Positions 33,187 through 46,171 of a DNA stretch of 64,000 nt are shown here, in pieces. Made by a program: the position numbers and the translations under genes. Every line of letters begins with the position of its first letter. Position 1 is the first letter of the stretch. Origin of the DNA: Dendrobates tinctorius (lineage: Eukaryota); the NCBI RefSeq assembly GCF_039654945.1, contig NW_027361707.1:40548001-40612000 (forward strand), written 5' to 3'. Below the pieces are notes generated by a model. It saw only the letters and a program-made list of their open reading frames with translations, did no database searches and was not told the origin of the DNA.

Positions 33187-33618
33187 AGGGAATCTGTCAC
33201 CCCTTTTTTCAAATATGAGCTGCCGGCACCGACATCAGGGGCTTATTTACAGCATTCTGTAATGCTGTCGATAAGCCCGCGATGTAACCTGAAAGATAAG
33301 AAAAAAGAGTTAGATTATACACACCCCGGCGTCCGGTCCGGTCCGATGGGTGTCGCGGTCCGGTCCGGCACCTCCCATCTTCATACGATGCTGTCCTCTT
33401 CTTTCCTTCCTGTCGTGGCTCCTAGGCAGGAACCGGACCGGACCTGGACCGCCCCTGAACCGGACCTGGACCGCCCCTGGGTGAGTATAATCTAACTCCT
33501 TTTTCTTCTCTTTCAGGGTACATTGAGAGCTCATCTACTGCATTACAGAATGCTGTAGATAAGCCCCTGATGGCGGTGCCGGCAGCTCATATTCGAAAAA
33601 AGGGGTGACAGATTCTCT
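33187..33618. mobile_element. T2/Kolobok-like MITE
   Basis: TTAA duplication and long TIRs starting AGGGAATCTGTCACCCC. Confidence 0.9.
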
Positions 33619-35001
33619 TTAAGCTTCTTTCATTCGATAATTTCACTATGTGCAGCTGTACATATTTCCTCTAGCTAACTGAAGGTTTTGTTACTTGCTC
33701 CGAGATCTTTCATTTTCTCAGTCATCTTTGAAATGAGATGATTGGATACCAGTACATTTTTGATGGCGCTGGCTCTGTTGAAGTGATGATAGTTTTGAAG
33801 GGATGATCTATTTTCTAAATTAGGTTATTAAAAATGAAGGGAGAGTGCTTCTATGAAATTTTTCTGGTGGTCGAAAGAAGACAGAAAATCACAGCAAAAA
33901 TCTTATTTTTTCTCTATGTTTTACTGGATTGTACTAATTTAGCTTGATTCAATTACTCCTAAAACAGGAGTGGATAATCTTATTTCTTCCAAAGGTCATT
34001 TGCATATTTATAACATCTTTTGGGGGCCACGCAAACTTATCAGTTAGAAAATTATCCTGGTATATTTGATCAAATATTTAATTAATTCACCCCTAATATG
34101 ACGACTGGAGCTGTTTCTCTTTGGTGTAGCTGTGATGTTAGGTGGTATTGATTATGTTGCTATTCGCAGCTGCTTTTCCAGATTTGCATATATAAATCAT
34201 ATAGGAGACACTGAAACTTCAGTATACACATCACACATGAGACACAGAAACTGCGGTATATACATCACTTAAGAGACACCAAGACTGTTGTTTACATAAC
34301 GTAACATAAAAGACCCAGAGACCGCTATATACATCACATAGGAGACACCATGGCTGGAGTATATAATGTATATCACATAGGATACACTGGGGCGGAAGTG
34401 TATACAATTGGATGATGCAGTAAATACATCACAGGAGACAAGTGTCACGTGGGGCTTAGTCCCACTAAGGCTGTAATACCCGGGGGCCCTGTGATGTCCC
34501 TATAACTAGGGGAAACCCTGTCTGACCCTCAACCCAGGGTTTTTGCTGATGGTGCAAATGCCTGAGCCTCCAACCTTTCCTTGTCTCCTGCTCAGCCCTG
34601 CACTTAACCCTCCACCCTCCACCCAGTGAGGAGACACACCACCAAAGCCCCCACACAAATAAAGACAGACAGGGAGAACTTAAACTGCACTGCGCCGCAC
34701 ACACACAGGAATATACAGTAATGTGAACAGGGCACAACTAAACACAAATATGGGAAGGAGAAAGGATAACAACGGATCATATGACACCAGATACGAATCT
34801 CTCTCTCTGCAACACCTCCACTCCAGACCGGAACCACTTGGTATGAAACACAAGCTATAATCGGCGACGCCCATAGGCCAGCATGACTATTTAAAGACCG
34901 TGGGCGTGACTAACCATCCAACCTGGTCTCCAGCAGGATTAACCCCCGAGAGCCTGAAGATCAGGCCGGCGCCACTGAGACTATAGGGGCTGGAGGTGGA
35001 A

Positions 35002-38000
35002 CTACCTCTGCCTGCCGGACGCTGTGGTGTGAACAGCGTCCGTCATGACATTACCCCGTCTTCTACGAGGGACCTCCGGACCCTCAAGACTCATAGGACC
35101 CGGCTTGTCCGGATGACGACGGTGAAAAGAACTGACCAGCCGATCCGCATGTATGTCTGAGGCTGGAACCCAAGACCTCTCCTCCGGACCATACCCCCGC
35201 CAGTGCACCAAATACTGAAGAGTACGGCGTACTACTCGAGAGTCCACTACCTTGGCGACCTCAAATTCTAAATCGCCATCCACCATGACTGGAGGTGGCA
35301 TCGGCGTCACGTCCACAGAGCCTACCACCTTTTTCAATAAAGCTCTGTGAAACACGTTGTGTATCTTGTACACCGCAGGAAGTTCCAACCGATACGCCAC
35401 TGGGTTAATGATGGCAGAAATGCTAAAAGGCCCAATAAACCTTGGACCCAGTTTTAAAGATGGAATTTTGAGTCTTATGTTCTTCGTAGCTAACCACACC
35501 CATTCACCCACACACAGGTCCGGACCTGGCACACGTCTACTGTCAGCCACCCGTTTGTACTTGGCACTCATGCTCAACAAACGCTGTTTCACCCGCATCC
35601 AGACTGATGACAATTGGGCTCCTAGCTGATCCTCCCCCGAGTCACCCTGACATAAGGTACAAAACTGAGGATGTTGACCGTACACACAAAAGAATGGAGA
35701 CTCTCCCGATGACTCTTGGCGGTGATTATTTAACGCGAATTCGGCCAGAGGAAGGAAAGTAGACCACTCCTCCTGGTTGTCGGACACAAAGCATCGTAAA
35801 TATTGTTCTAAATTTTGGTTCATGCGCTCAGTTTGTCCATTAGACTGTGGATGAAACGCCGATGAATGTGACAACTTGATTCCCAAACGTGAGCAAAAAG
35901 CTTTCCAAAACCTCGCCACAAATTGCGTACCCCTATCAGATACTATGTCAGACGGTACTCCGTGGAGTCTGACCACCTCCTTCACAAATACCTGAGCCAA
36001 CGTCTTAGCATTGGGCAAAGAAGACAACGCCACAAAATGCGCCATCTTTGAAAAACGGTCAACCACCACCAGGATGACCGTGTTCCCCGCCGAGGCTGGC
36101 AAGTCAGTGATGAAATCCATGGAGATTTCTGTCCATGGCCTATTGGGTACCCCCAGAGGCTGTAGCGTGCCAGCAGGATGGGTACGGGGTGACTTAGCCC
36201 TAGCGCACGTGATGCAAGCTGCCACGTATGAGACCACGTCCTGCCGGATTTTGGGCCACCAGAAACGACGCGATACCAGCTCTAAGGTGCCCCTCACTCC
36301 TGGATGACCAGCCAGTACCGAGTCGTGGTGTTCCTTCAACACCTTAAGCCGAAGATGCAGGGGTACAAATGATTTGTTGGCGGGAAGTCCTGGTGGTACC
36401 TCCTCTTGGGCCTCGGCAATCTCCGCTTCTACCTCCGTCGTGAGAGCCGAGACCACTACCCCTTTCTGGAGGATGGGTACCGGCTCTTCCCGAGGTTCTC
36501 CCCCCGGAAAACACCTAGACAAAGCATCCGCCTTGGTGTTTTTAGCCCCGGGACGGTAAGTCACCAGAAAATTGAAACGAGTAAAAAACAATGCCCAGCG
36601 AGCCTGCCTAGGAGACAGATGCTTGGCCGACTCCAGATAGAGCAGATTCTTATGGTCGGTGATGACTGTGACCTGGTGAGCCGCCCCCTCCAAGAAGTGT
36701 CGCCATTCCTCAAAAGCCAGTTTGATGGCCAACAACTCCCTGTTGCCGATATCATAATTCCGTTCGGCCGGCGACAGCTTCTTGGAGAAGTAGGCGCATG
36801 GATGCATCTCGCTCAAAGACGAGCCTTGAGACAGTACTGCCCCCACTCCCACCTCCGACGCATCAACCTCCACCACAAAAGGTTTAGACACGTCTGGTTG
36901 CACCAGAATGGGGGCTGAAGCAAAACTATTCTTCAGACGCTCAAAGGCACGTATAGCCACCTCAGGCCAGTTCGCCAGATCGGCACCCTTTTTTGTCATG
37001 TCCGTGAGCGGTTTGGTGATAGTCGAAAAGTGTTTTATAAACTTCCTATAATAATTCGCAAACCCAAGGAACCGCTGGAGTGCTTTCAGACTCTCCGGCC
37101 TCTCCCACTGCAGCACCGCTTGCACCTTAGCGGTGTCCATTTTAAACCCGGCTGCGGACACAATAAATCCCAAAAAGGGCAACTCCTGGACAAAAAATAA
37201 ACATTTTCCAGCTTAGCATAGAGCTGGTTCTCCCGGAGCAACTGTAACACCTGCCTGACATGCTCCAAATGAGTGTCCTGATCGCTAGAATAAATGAGGA
37301 TATCATCCAGGTATACAATCACAAATCTCCCCAGGACATGAGCAAATACATCATTAATAAAATGTTGGAAAACGGCAGGCGCGGTGGTCCACCCAAACGG
37401 CATAACCAGACTCTCAAAATGACCCTCAGGAGTGTTAAACGCCGTCTTCCACTCATCCCCCTGACGGACCCTTATGAGGTTATACGCCCCCCTGAGGTCC
37501 AGCTTGGAAAACCATTTCGCCCCCGCTACCTGGTTGAACAAATCCGGGATTAACGGCATAGGGTAAGGATCACGGATAGTAATCTGGTTTAACTCTCGGA
37601 AATCCAGACACGGGCATAACCCCATATCTTTCTTCTTAATGAAGAAAAACCCCGCGGCTACAGGCGAGGACGAAGGCCGGATGTGTCCTTTGCTCAGACT
37701 CTCCGCGATGTAGTCTTTCAGAGCTTGTCTCTCAGGACCAGAAATATTAAACATCCTGGCCTTAGGTAATTTGGCCCCGGGTTTTAACCTGATCGCACAG
37801 TCATAGGCTCTATGTGGAGGCAGTTCTGAGCAACCCTTCTCAGAGAAAACATCTGCGAAATCCTGCAAAGCCTCCGGCAGGCTGGGCGTCACGGCGGACA
37901 CACATGTGGCCAAGCAATTCTCTTGGCAAAAACCACTCCATTGTACTATGTCGTGAGTTTTCCAATCAATTACCGGGTTGTGTCTGGACAACCATGGAAA

Positions 38001-38342
38001 ACCCAGGACCATTTGTGCTGGGAGATTACGGAGGACCCTACATGTAACCGACTCAGAATGTAGGACCCCAATGTGGAGTTTCACCTCTGCCACAACCTCC
38101 GTAATCTCCCCTTGAGGGAGGGGAACAGCATTAATGGTCACCACCTGTATGGGGTGAGGAAGTTTTTCAATCTTAAACCCGGCGGTGTGTGCAAACTCCT
38201 CATCTATGAGATTGGTGGCGAAACCTCTATCCACAAACACTGATATTGGTAGCTCTCTGCCCGCGATAATAACCTTGGCAGGGAGCATACATTGAGATAC
38301 CATCATGGAGGATATGCATACGCTCAGTTGGGTCTCCTCCAT
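35002..38342 (-). pseudogene. Pol of copy 2, frameshifted
   Basis: 1-nt loss near 37205 (KLEKCLFF becomes KLENVYFL), protease DSG changed to DRG, and a 4-codon deletion (GVPE) after the integrase core. Confidence 0.92.
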
Positions 38343-38353
38343 ACCCTCTGAGC

Positions 38354-39202
38354 TTAACAGTTTTCCGCCGAAGTGACCCTCTTAGGTAGTACCGGGCAAA
38401 CGTTAATATAATGACCTCTTTTACCACAGTAGAAACATGCTCCGGGCTTCCGGAATCCCGGAACGCGACGCTTAGCCTGTGCCACGCCAGCAATCTGCAT
38501 AAGTTCAGGGGACTCATCTACTTCAACCACACTTGCACCTCTGCTTTCCCCCAGAGGTAGCGTCTCCTGTGCCCCCTGACGAAAACGGCGATCAATACGT
38601 ATCACCAAACTCATGGCAGACTCCAACGATGCCGGAGACTCATACATCAGGAGGGCTTGTTTAACCCTCCCTGACACCCCATGCATAAACTGGCTCCGCA
38701 GCGCTGGGTCATTCCACTGTGTGTCTACGGCCCAGCGGCGAAATTCCGAACAATAGTCCTCTGCCAAGCACTCCCCCTGGCGGAGGGCGCGGATTTTAGA
38801 TTCCGCTAGAGCCAGTCGGTCAGGATCATCGTAAATGAGTCCGAGGGCAGAAAAAACATCAACAGAAAGAAATGTAGCAGAGTCAGCTGGTAAGGAAAAT
38901 GCCCATGCTTGGGGGTCACCACTCAGTAATGACAACACCAGCCCTACCCACTGGGCCTCATTACCTGAGGAGATTGGCCGCATGCGGAAGTATAACTTGC
39001 AGGCCTCCCGAAATACGACAAATTTGCTGCGATCCCCTGAAAAACGTTCTGGCAGCGGAAACTTCGGCTCTGCACCGATACCTGCAGATGCCGTTTGCAC
39101 CTTCGCTACTACCAGGCCCTGCTGCTGAACTGCCCCTTTCTCCTCGGAGACCTGTAAGGACAGCGCCGCCAACTGGCGGGTTATGGAATCTAATGGATCC
39201 AT
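38354..39202 (-). CDS. Gag of copy 2
   Basis: Near-identical to 15515-16366, CCHC intact. Confidence 0.9.
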   Translation of the reverse strand: MDPLDSITRQLAALSLQVSEEKGAVQQQGLVVAKVQTASAGIGAEPKFPLPERFSGDRSKFVVFREACKLYFRMRPISSGNEAQWVGLVLSLLSGDPQAWAFSLPADSATFLSVDVFSALGLIYDDPDRLALAESKIRALRQGECLAEDYCSEFRRWAVDTQWNDPALRSQFMHGVSGRVKQALLMYESPASLESAMSLVIRIDRRFRQGAQETLPLGESRGASVVEVDESPELMQIAGVAQAKRRVPGFRKPGACFYCGKRGHYINVCPVLPKRVTSAENC

Positions 39203-40092
39203 GGACTCGTGAAAACATGTGGGCCGATTATAATGTCACGTGGGGCTTAGTCCCACTAAGGCTGTAATACCCGGGGGCCCTGTGATGTCCCTATAACTAG
39301 GGGAAACCCTGTCTGACCCTCAACCCAGGGTTTTTGCTGATGGTGCAAATGCCTGAGCCTCCAACCTTTCCTTGTCTCCTGCTCAGCCCTGCACTTAACC
39401 CTCCACCCAGTGAGGAGACACACCACCAAAGCCCCCACACAAATAAAGACAGACAGGGAGAACTTAAACTGCACTGCGCCGCACACACACAGGAATATAC
39501 AGTAATGTGAACAGGGCACAACTAAACACAAATATGGGAAGGAGAAAGGATAACAACGGATCATACGACACCAGATACGAATCTCTCTCTCTGCAACACC
39601 TCCACTCCAGACCGGAACCACTTGGTATGAAACACAAGCTATAATCGGCGACGCCCATAGGCCAGCATGACTATTTAAAGACCGTGGGCGTGACTAACCA
39701 TCCAACCTGGTCTCCAGCAGGATTAACCCCCGAGAGCCTGAAGATCAGGCCGGCGCCACTGAGGCTATAGTGGCTGGAGGTGGAACTACCTCTGCCTGCC
39801 GGACGCTGTGGTGTGAACAGCGTCCGACATGACAACAAGGGAATGCATATAGTCATTAAGGGAGACATGGGGGATGCCATATGGACATCAATGGAGATGT
39901 GGGGTGGCAGTATAGTTATCCAGGAGACATGAGGCTGTGGTGTAGACATCACAGGAGACACTGGAGCTGCGGAATTGACATCAAGGAGACAGTCTGCGGT
40001 ATAGACATCACAGGAGACACTGAGGCCGCGGTATAGACATCACCAGAGACACGGAGGCTGCGGTATAGACATCACAGGAGACAATGGGCTTG

Positions 40093-41073
40093 TGTGGTGC
40101 CCTGTGTCTTTGCCGCCACAAAATGGTTAAATATGTACTGTTTTGTAAGTAATGGGAGTTATGCTTTCTCTGCTAGAGACCACTGCACACACAATTTTAC
40201 CTCACTCCTTTACTTCCCCGAAGCTTAGAACTTACCCTAACTGGGAAGGGGAGGAGTCGAGTTGTTGTTCTGTGAGGAAGACAGTGGAGAGAAAATGGAG
40301 AATGCTCCTGGAGCCATAACATGTGCTCCCTCCAGGAGCAATGCTGAGAAGAATCAGGGAATCAGCCCCTAGGTCATCCATGCTTTTAGAGCCGGGTGGT
40401 AAGCTGAGAGACTGTGTGGTTTTATACAACCAAAAGCAGAGTGTTTTCTCCCAGGAAGACTACAGCAACCGAGGATCAGTGAAGGATTGTGCAAGAAGAA
40501 ACTTGTGCTTCACACAGGATCCAAGCTGCAAGGTGCCATGGGGATAAAATACAGTGAGTAAGTGGCTGTACTGGAAGTTTCAAACTCCTGGAAGCCTTGG
40601 TCCCTGAAGGGATTAGAACAGCAGGAAGTTTACACCAAGTCTCAGCAGAGAGAAGGATAACTCCCACCGTGTAGAGCAGACTGTAAACCTGGTGAGAGTT
40701 GTAATTTCTCCTCTGAACTGCCTCTGAACTACAGTAAATGATAAAGTGACTTTCCTTGTCTCCTGCCTTACTACTCCGTGCCATCTACTTCTATCACAAT
40801 CTCTGGGGGTCAGCCCTAGTTGGAGAGGGTTAAACATCTGAACTGCCATCACCATCTACCCCCCCAGGGATCATCTGTAGTGCCGGCTATCCTACAGTCG
40901 AACACTCCCACTATCGTCACGTACTCTTTTTCAAATATTTTTTATTTTTACTTTATTTTTCAACCCCCATTTCACTGTCCCCGGAGCACAGGCACCGGAC
41001 ACAGCTGCCACCCCCGTGACCTCCTGAATCTAACGCTGCCCGGCAACCTGAGTACCCCGCTGTGGGCGAGACA
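40093..41073 (+). mobile_element. Solo LTR, third related family
   Basis: TGTGGTGCCC...GGGCGAGACA, 4-bp duplication CTTG, and terminal ctgagtacccc motif shared with the other two large LTRs. Confidence 0.8.
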
Positions 41074-41959
41074 CTTGTCGCTGCTGTTTTCATATGTGGG
41101 ACTTAAGGACATTGCGAGCTAAATCCTACCACACAAAGTACCTCCTGGCACTATCTAGTGTCAGGACATAATCTTTTATTGCACGTCCCACAGCTTTCAG
41201 TAATGAGCTATGCTTGCGCATGTTTGCAGAGCAAGAAGAAATTAAAGGGCTGGCAGCATAGCAGCTGCTGGCCTGAGCACTGTGTCCCCGAGAATCTGCC
41301 CTGGAGCCGGAAAAAAGGGCTGTAACCGGCCTGAGCCTGAGGTTCCTCACCCCCGTTCAAAAAGCTTGGTGGACAGCTGCTTCCAAAAATGTTTCTACAA
41401 TGTTTTTGGAGGTTTTGAACTGACATGCATTTGTTTCAAATTCTTTGGAATTGGCTTACTGGTGTTCACCATCCCTTTTTTGCCACACTAGTTAGAATAA
41501 GTCTTTAAATAAACCTTTTTAACCTCTTCACAACTACCAATGGTAAATACAGTATATATCTGTGCTTGTTGGGCTTTGGGCAGTGCCACTCTAAATTTAG
41601 CGTTGGCGTTCATGCCTTGGGGTAAACAAGCCCCCAAGGTATGAACGCCAACAAGCCCCCATTAAGCTCTGTCTCTCTACAATTACATATTTACAAATTT
41701 CTCTCTACGGCATCCATTACTGTTTTTTTTCTGGAAGACTCGCATGGAGTCTAAATCATCGATACATCCAAAGCTAAATTCCCAGATGGGTGTAATTTCC
41801 AAAATAGGGTCACTTGAGGGTTTTTCTTTTGATTTGGCAGTTAGGAACTCTACAAATGGACTCTGCAAATTATTCCAAGAAAATCTCTGAGGTTTTTTTT
41901 TATTTCTTTGGCACTGGTGTATTTCTGTAATTGATCTCATGAGGATGCTTTTTAAGTAG

Positions 41960-43560
41960 TGCACCTGCAGCAGAAAAGTCATAGGAAACCTTGCAGTAAA
42001 CTGATATTCAGCTGACCCATGGACCGAGGATCTCCTCTGCACGGATGATCTTGTATCTCGCCAAGAAGCATATTCATACTTTGCGGTACCCATGATTTTA
42101 ACACATATATCCACCATGACTCCCTATTGATAAGTTTCCTTTTATGATCACCACCCTGAGCAGGTCTATGGGCTTTTTCAATAACTACAATTTTAAATGT
42201 AATAGTATCACTATTAAGGTAGTCAATGAAGTGTTTGGAGGCTGCAGAACTTTTAATTCTTAATTTATTGTCAGCATCAGAAGTATGCCTTCTTCTAATC
42301 AAATAAACTACAAACGCAGTAATTTGCAGTTTATATACGATTTAATATTGTATTCCTTATTAGTGATATGAATTTGTCAGTTCTGACTACAAAAGTACAA
42401 CACGTGCACCTTTTATGGCCACATTTATGGAGTTCCACGTTTCTTAGCCAAGTAGGTGTAGGAGATTTATTAACAGAACAATGTGGGAGAAAGCATATCT
42501 CCCAAAGAAGGGTCCTTTTTAGCTATATAGTTAATAGGTGTCTTAATATCTCATTTAACTTTTTATCTTGCAACAACATTGGGATATTCCTTTGTATGAT
42601 GTTTTTAATTTCTGTGAATTCAATACTATAGTTAGTAGAAAATCAAACTCTGACTATGTCTTGTATAGTAAATTCCTTATTTTTACCCTTATTGTCTGCT
42701 AGCATGTCTTCCCTATCCATATTGTCCGCTATTGCACTCGCCCGATCTAACGTCCATTTTGGGTAATTCCTACGACGCAATTTATTGCACATATTTGCAG
42801 GGCCGGCCCGAGAGATTACGGCGCCCTAGGCGAAACTATTTTGTTGCGCCTCTACTATTCTTGGCAGTAGATGAAAACTTGGGATATAAATTTAGGAGCA
42901 AAATAAACCACAACAACAATGATTAATTAACTTTCTCCTAACTCTTTAATCTTCTGAGAAGTTGTATAGGACAAATATATACAAAGTAATCAATAACACA
43001 AAACAAAAACGACCATAGGTAATTAAAATTTTTGTTTCCTTGCCTTTTTTTTTTAAAGGATGACACTAAGTCACCGAGATTAATTTGTTTAGCAACTTCA
43101 GATTCTATCGAAATTGTTACCAACCCAACCAACCTCTCTTGCGTCATATTTGCCCTTAAATATGTACACTTTTCTTTCCATCCCTAAAACTTTTTGCCTT
43201 TTGAAAAGATTTTTTATAATTTTTTCTATTTTTTCTCTGGCGCCCCCTTTGGGTCGGCGCCCTAGGCGGCCGCCTAGTTCGCCTATACGTTCGGGCCGGC
43301 CCTGCATATTTGTAGATTCCTGCTTCCGTAATGTAGAGTCTGAAGTGTTCCTTTCTTATCATTTCTCCCACTGGTACATTTTTAACTACGTGAGTGGGAT
43401 GGTTTGAAGTTGCCAACGAGGTGGAATTAGCATCAGTATTTTTATTAGAAGGGGAGATCTGCATTCCCTGTATGAGATGTCCTTCCAAAGTGATGTCTAA
43501 AAAACATTTCTTATGGATACCTGCAGAAAATGCCACATCCTGCGAGGTGAATCACATACT
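41960..43560 (-). pseudogene. Penelope-like element remnant (RT and GIY-YIG C-terminus)
   Basis: FLDIT motif and IEKAHRPAQGGDHKRKLINRESWWIYVLKSWVPQSMN; interrupted by a hAT MITE. Confidence 0.75.
42798..43304 (-). mobile_element. hAT deletion-derivative MITE, copy A
   Basis: TIR CAGGGCCGGCCCGA, 8-bp duplication CATATTTG, transposase tail MTQERLVGLVTISIESEVAKQI. Confidence 0.93.
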
Positions 43561-44823
43561 TTGACAACTGGGTGAAAACGACGGCTATAGAAAGTCCTCT
43601 ATCATCACTTCTTGGTGAGAAAAGGAAGGATAAGGGGACATCTACTGATGATGTAGATGGATAGCTGTAACTGATGGGCAGTTGGGGGCTTATGACTACT
43701 TGGGAAAAGGAAGTGTGCTGTGTCTGCTGGGAAGTGGGATGTGATGACTACCTGGTTGTATGGGGTGTCTGCTGACAAATGAGGAGATGACTGTGCTGAG
43801 GTCTATTAGAGTAGTGGAGTCAGAATGCGAAACGCAGTATTTACTTGCACCAATCTTAATTTTTCATCCATCTAATGTGCTTTTTAAAAAGTTCATGGAA
43901 TTAAAGATAAAAACATGATTATATTTTTTCCATAAAATCTAACGTCAGTTTCACCGAGACTGCTGCAAACCTATGTCTGAAAGAATTATAAAGAAGCACT
44001 GGCCTAATTAACATAATAAAAATGAGCCATTTTCAGAACAGATTCAGAACAGAGGCACTGTAAGAAATGACGGTGAAAGTGCAATGACAAATATCGTGCT
44101 AATTGCATCATTATGTAATAACTCCAGACACCGAGTATGTAACATTTCCCATAAATAATTCAATACAGTCAGACAGCCCGTACTATGGTTCAAGTCATCA
44201 GCAGTTAATTGGCATGAACAGGCTATCCCCACTTTTGTCAAAATTTGAAATCCATGATTTAGCTACATATATACTTAAAATCCATAGCCTCATTGAGGAA
44301 ATTAACATAATGTAATTTACTGGATCAAAATGATTTTATGGCTAACCTGTGTGATATGGCACCAACATATATCCTGCATCTCCGTATAAGTGACGCTTTC
44401 CAATACTGACACCAAACAGCAAGAACTTTCTCCTAACTTATTTTTTTTATCAATAGTTGGGTTCCATCAATGCCTGTCAATTCAATCCAACACCGCAAAC
44501 TAAGAGCAAGATGAGTATAGTAAAATGTCATATCCTACAGAAATTTTTGTTGCTTCAAAACAATTGCCTACTCTGGAATAGGTATATAGCGACGATATTT
44601 TTTACATATGGGACAGCACGTTGCACTCTCTTTTTGTTGCATCACATTCTCAATTTTGCTTGGCCAGGGCTGATTTCCTTGACATGTCTGTCATTAGGAC
44701 ACGAAATGGTTTCTTACCAATGATCTTTATACCAAATAAACCAATAGTAATAATTTACATTTTGACAGTTTTTATCCTGCTCCATGAAAAAGTCTATTTT
44801 GATCTCTCAATTCCAACAGGTTA

Positions 44824-45303
44824 GGCTAGTTTCACACTAGCGTTTACTCGACGCAGCGCACGGCGCCGCTAAGCCCCGCCCCCTGCCTGCTCCCTGCCCG
44901 CCCCATCCGGTCATCGCCGCCTACTATCGCACATGGACGCTTGCGATCTGCGCACCCTATCTTTAGCATAGGGTGCACAGATCGTGCGCGGGCCGTGCGC
45001 TAGTAGGATTTTGGCGTGCGCTGTGCACTTTTGAAGGTGCGCAGAGCGCACCAAAATGCAACATGCTGCATTCGGCGCACACGGGCGCACCTTCAAAAGT
45101 GCGCAGCGCACGCCAAAATCCTACTAGCGCACGGCCAGCGCACGATCTGCGCACCCTATGCTAAAGATAGGGTGCGTAGATCGCAAGCGTCCATATGCGA
45201 TAGTAGGCGGCGATGACCGGATGGGGCAGGCAGGGAGCCAGCAGGGGGCGGGGCTTAGCGGCGCCGTGCGCTGCGTCGAATAAACGCTAGTGTGAAACTA
45301 GCC
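44824..45303. mobile_element. PIF/Harbinger MITE, near-perfect 480-bp palindrome
   Basis: TIR GGCTAGTTTCACACTAGCGTTTA, flanked by TTA/TAA. Confidence 0.9.
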
Positions 45304-45309
45304 TAAGAT

Positions 45310-45900
45310 GAATAGTTAAAGATGAATGACATGCTTTAAAAATCTGGATGAGAAGCACAACAAAATCTTGGATAGAGTTTACCCTTCTAAGATTTTAGAT
45401 AATTGTCATACTATCAAACCCAAAGATCAAACCTCCAGGCCTGATCGTATACCTTTCGATCTAGATTCCACCCTTACACAAACAGGCTACACAGGGCTAT
45501 ACAGAAACTTTAGAACATCTTAAAACAGGGTATCCTATGGAAAAGGAGTCCAAGGAACCATCTTTTTTATGTTTTAGATGCCCCCGCATTCTAAAGCATA
45601 AATTAGTCAGAGCAGACATTGGTATTTTGGAGAAAATACCTAGACAGCAATTTTTGCGCACACCTAAGTGTGGCACATTTCCCTGCTCACATTCTCACCA
45701 ATGTAACCATATCCTTAAAGGTGACAGGATACACCACCCTCACACTGGTAAGAGTCACCCCATTAAAAACAATGTACGTGTGATTCCAGCTTTGTAGTCT
45801 ATCTTGTCAAAAGTCCTTGCGGTCTCGTGTATGTTGGTGAGACCACCCAACACATATGAGACCGCATTTCTAAACATAAGTCCTCCATTTTTTGGAAGTG
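45310..45900 (+). pseudogene. Penelope-like GIY-YIG endonuclease remnant
   Basis: GTFPC..C, then VVYLVKSPCGLVYVGETTQ..RISKHKS in a shifted frame. Confidence 0.75.
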
Positions 45901-46171
45901 CATTGAGCAGCAAGGTGGTGTGCTGGTAAAAGGGGGAAAAAAAAAAAAAACTCTTTTAAATCTTCTTCCTGAGCGAGTGTGAACGAGCTGAGTGTGACCT
46001 GAGCGTAAGTGCGAACTGTGGTAAGTGTGTGACTTGAAATTCAGTGACTTTAGATTCAGGGAGTTTCCAAGGGAGGTATTACTGAATTGCTGTTATATTA
46101 ATACTTTTTTTTTTTTTTTTTTTTTTAATTTATTTTTGCTTATCTTATTGTCTGGTGCAATCCCCATTAGG

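Larger units (their letters stand above)
34443..39834 (-). mobile_element. Ty3/gypsy chromovirus, copy 2, defective
   Basis: LTRs 39234-39834 and 34443-35050; 5-bp duplication ACAAG; same family as copy 1. Confidence 0.98.
34190..40090. repeat. ~31-bp minisatellite (tatacatcacaggagacactg...) split by gypsy copy 2
   Basis: Related units on both sides of the insertion (~34190-34442 and ~39835-40088). Confidence 0.7.
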
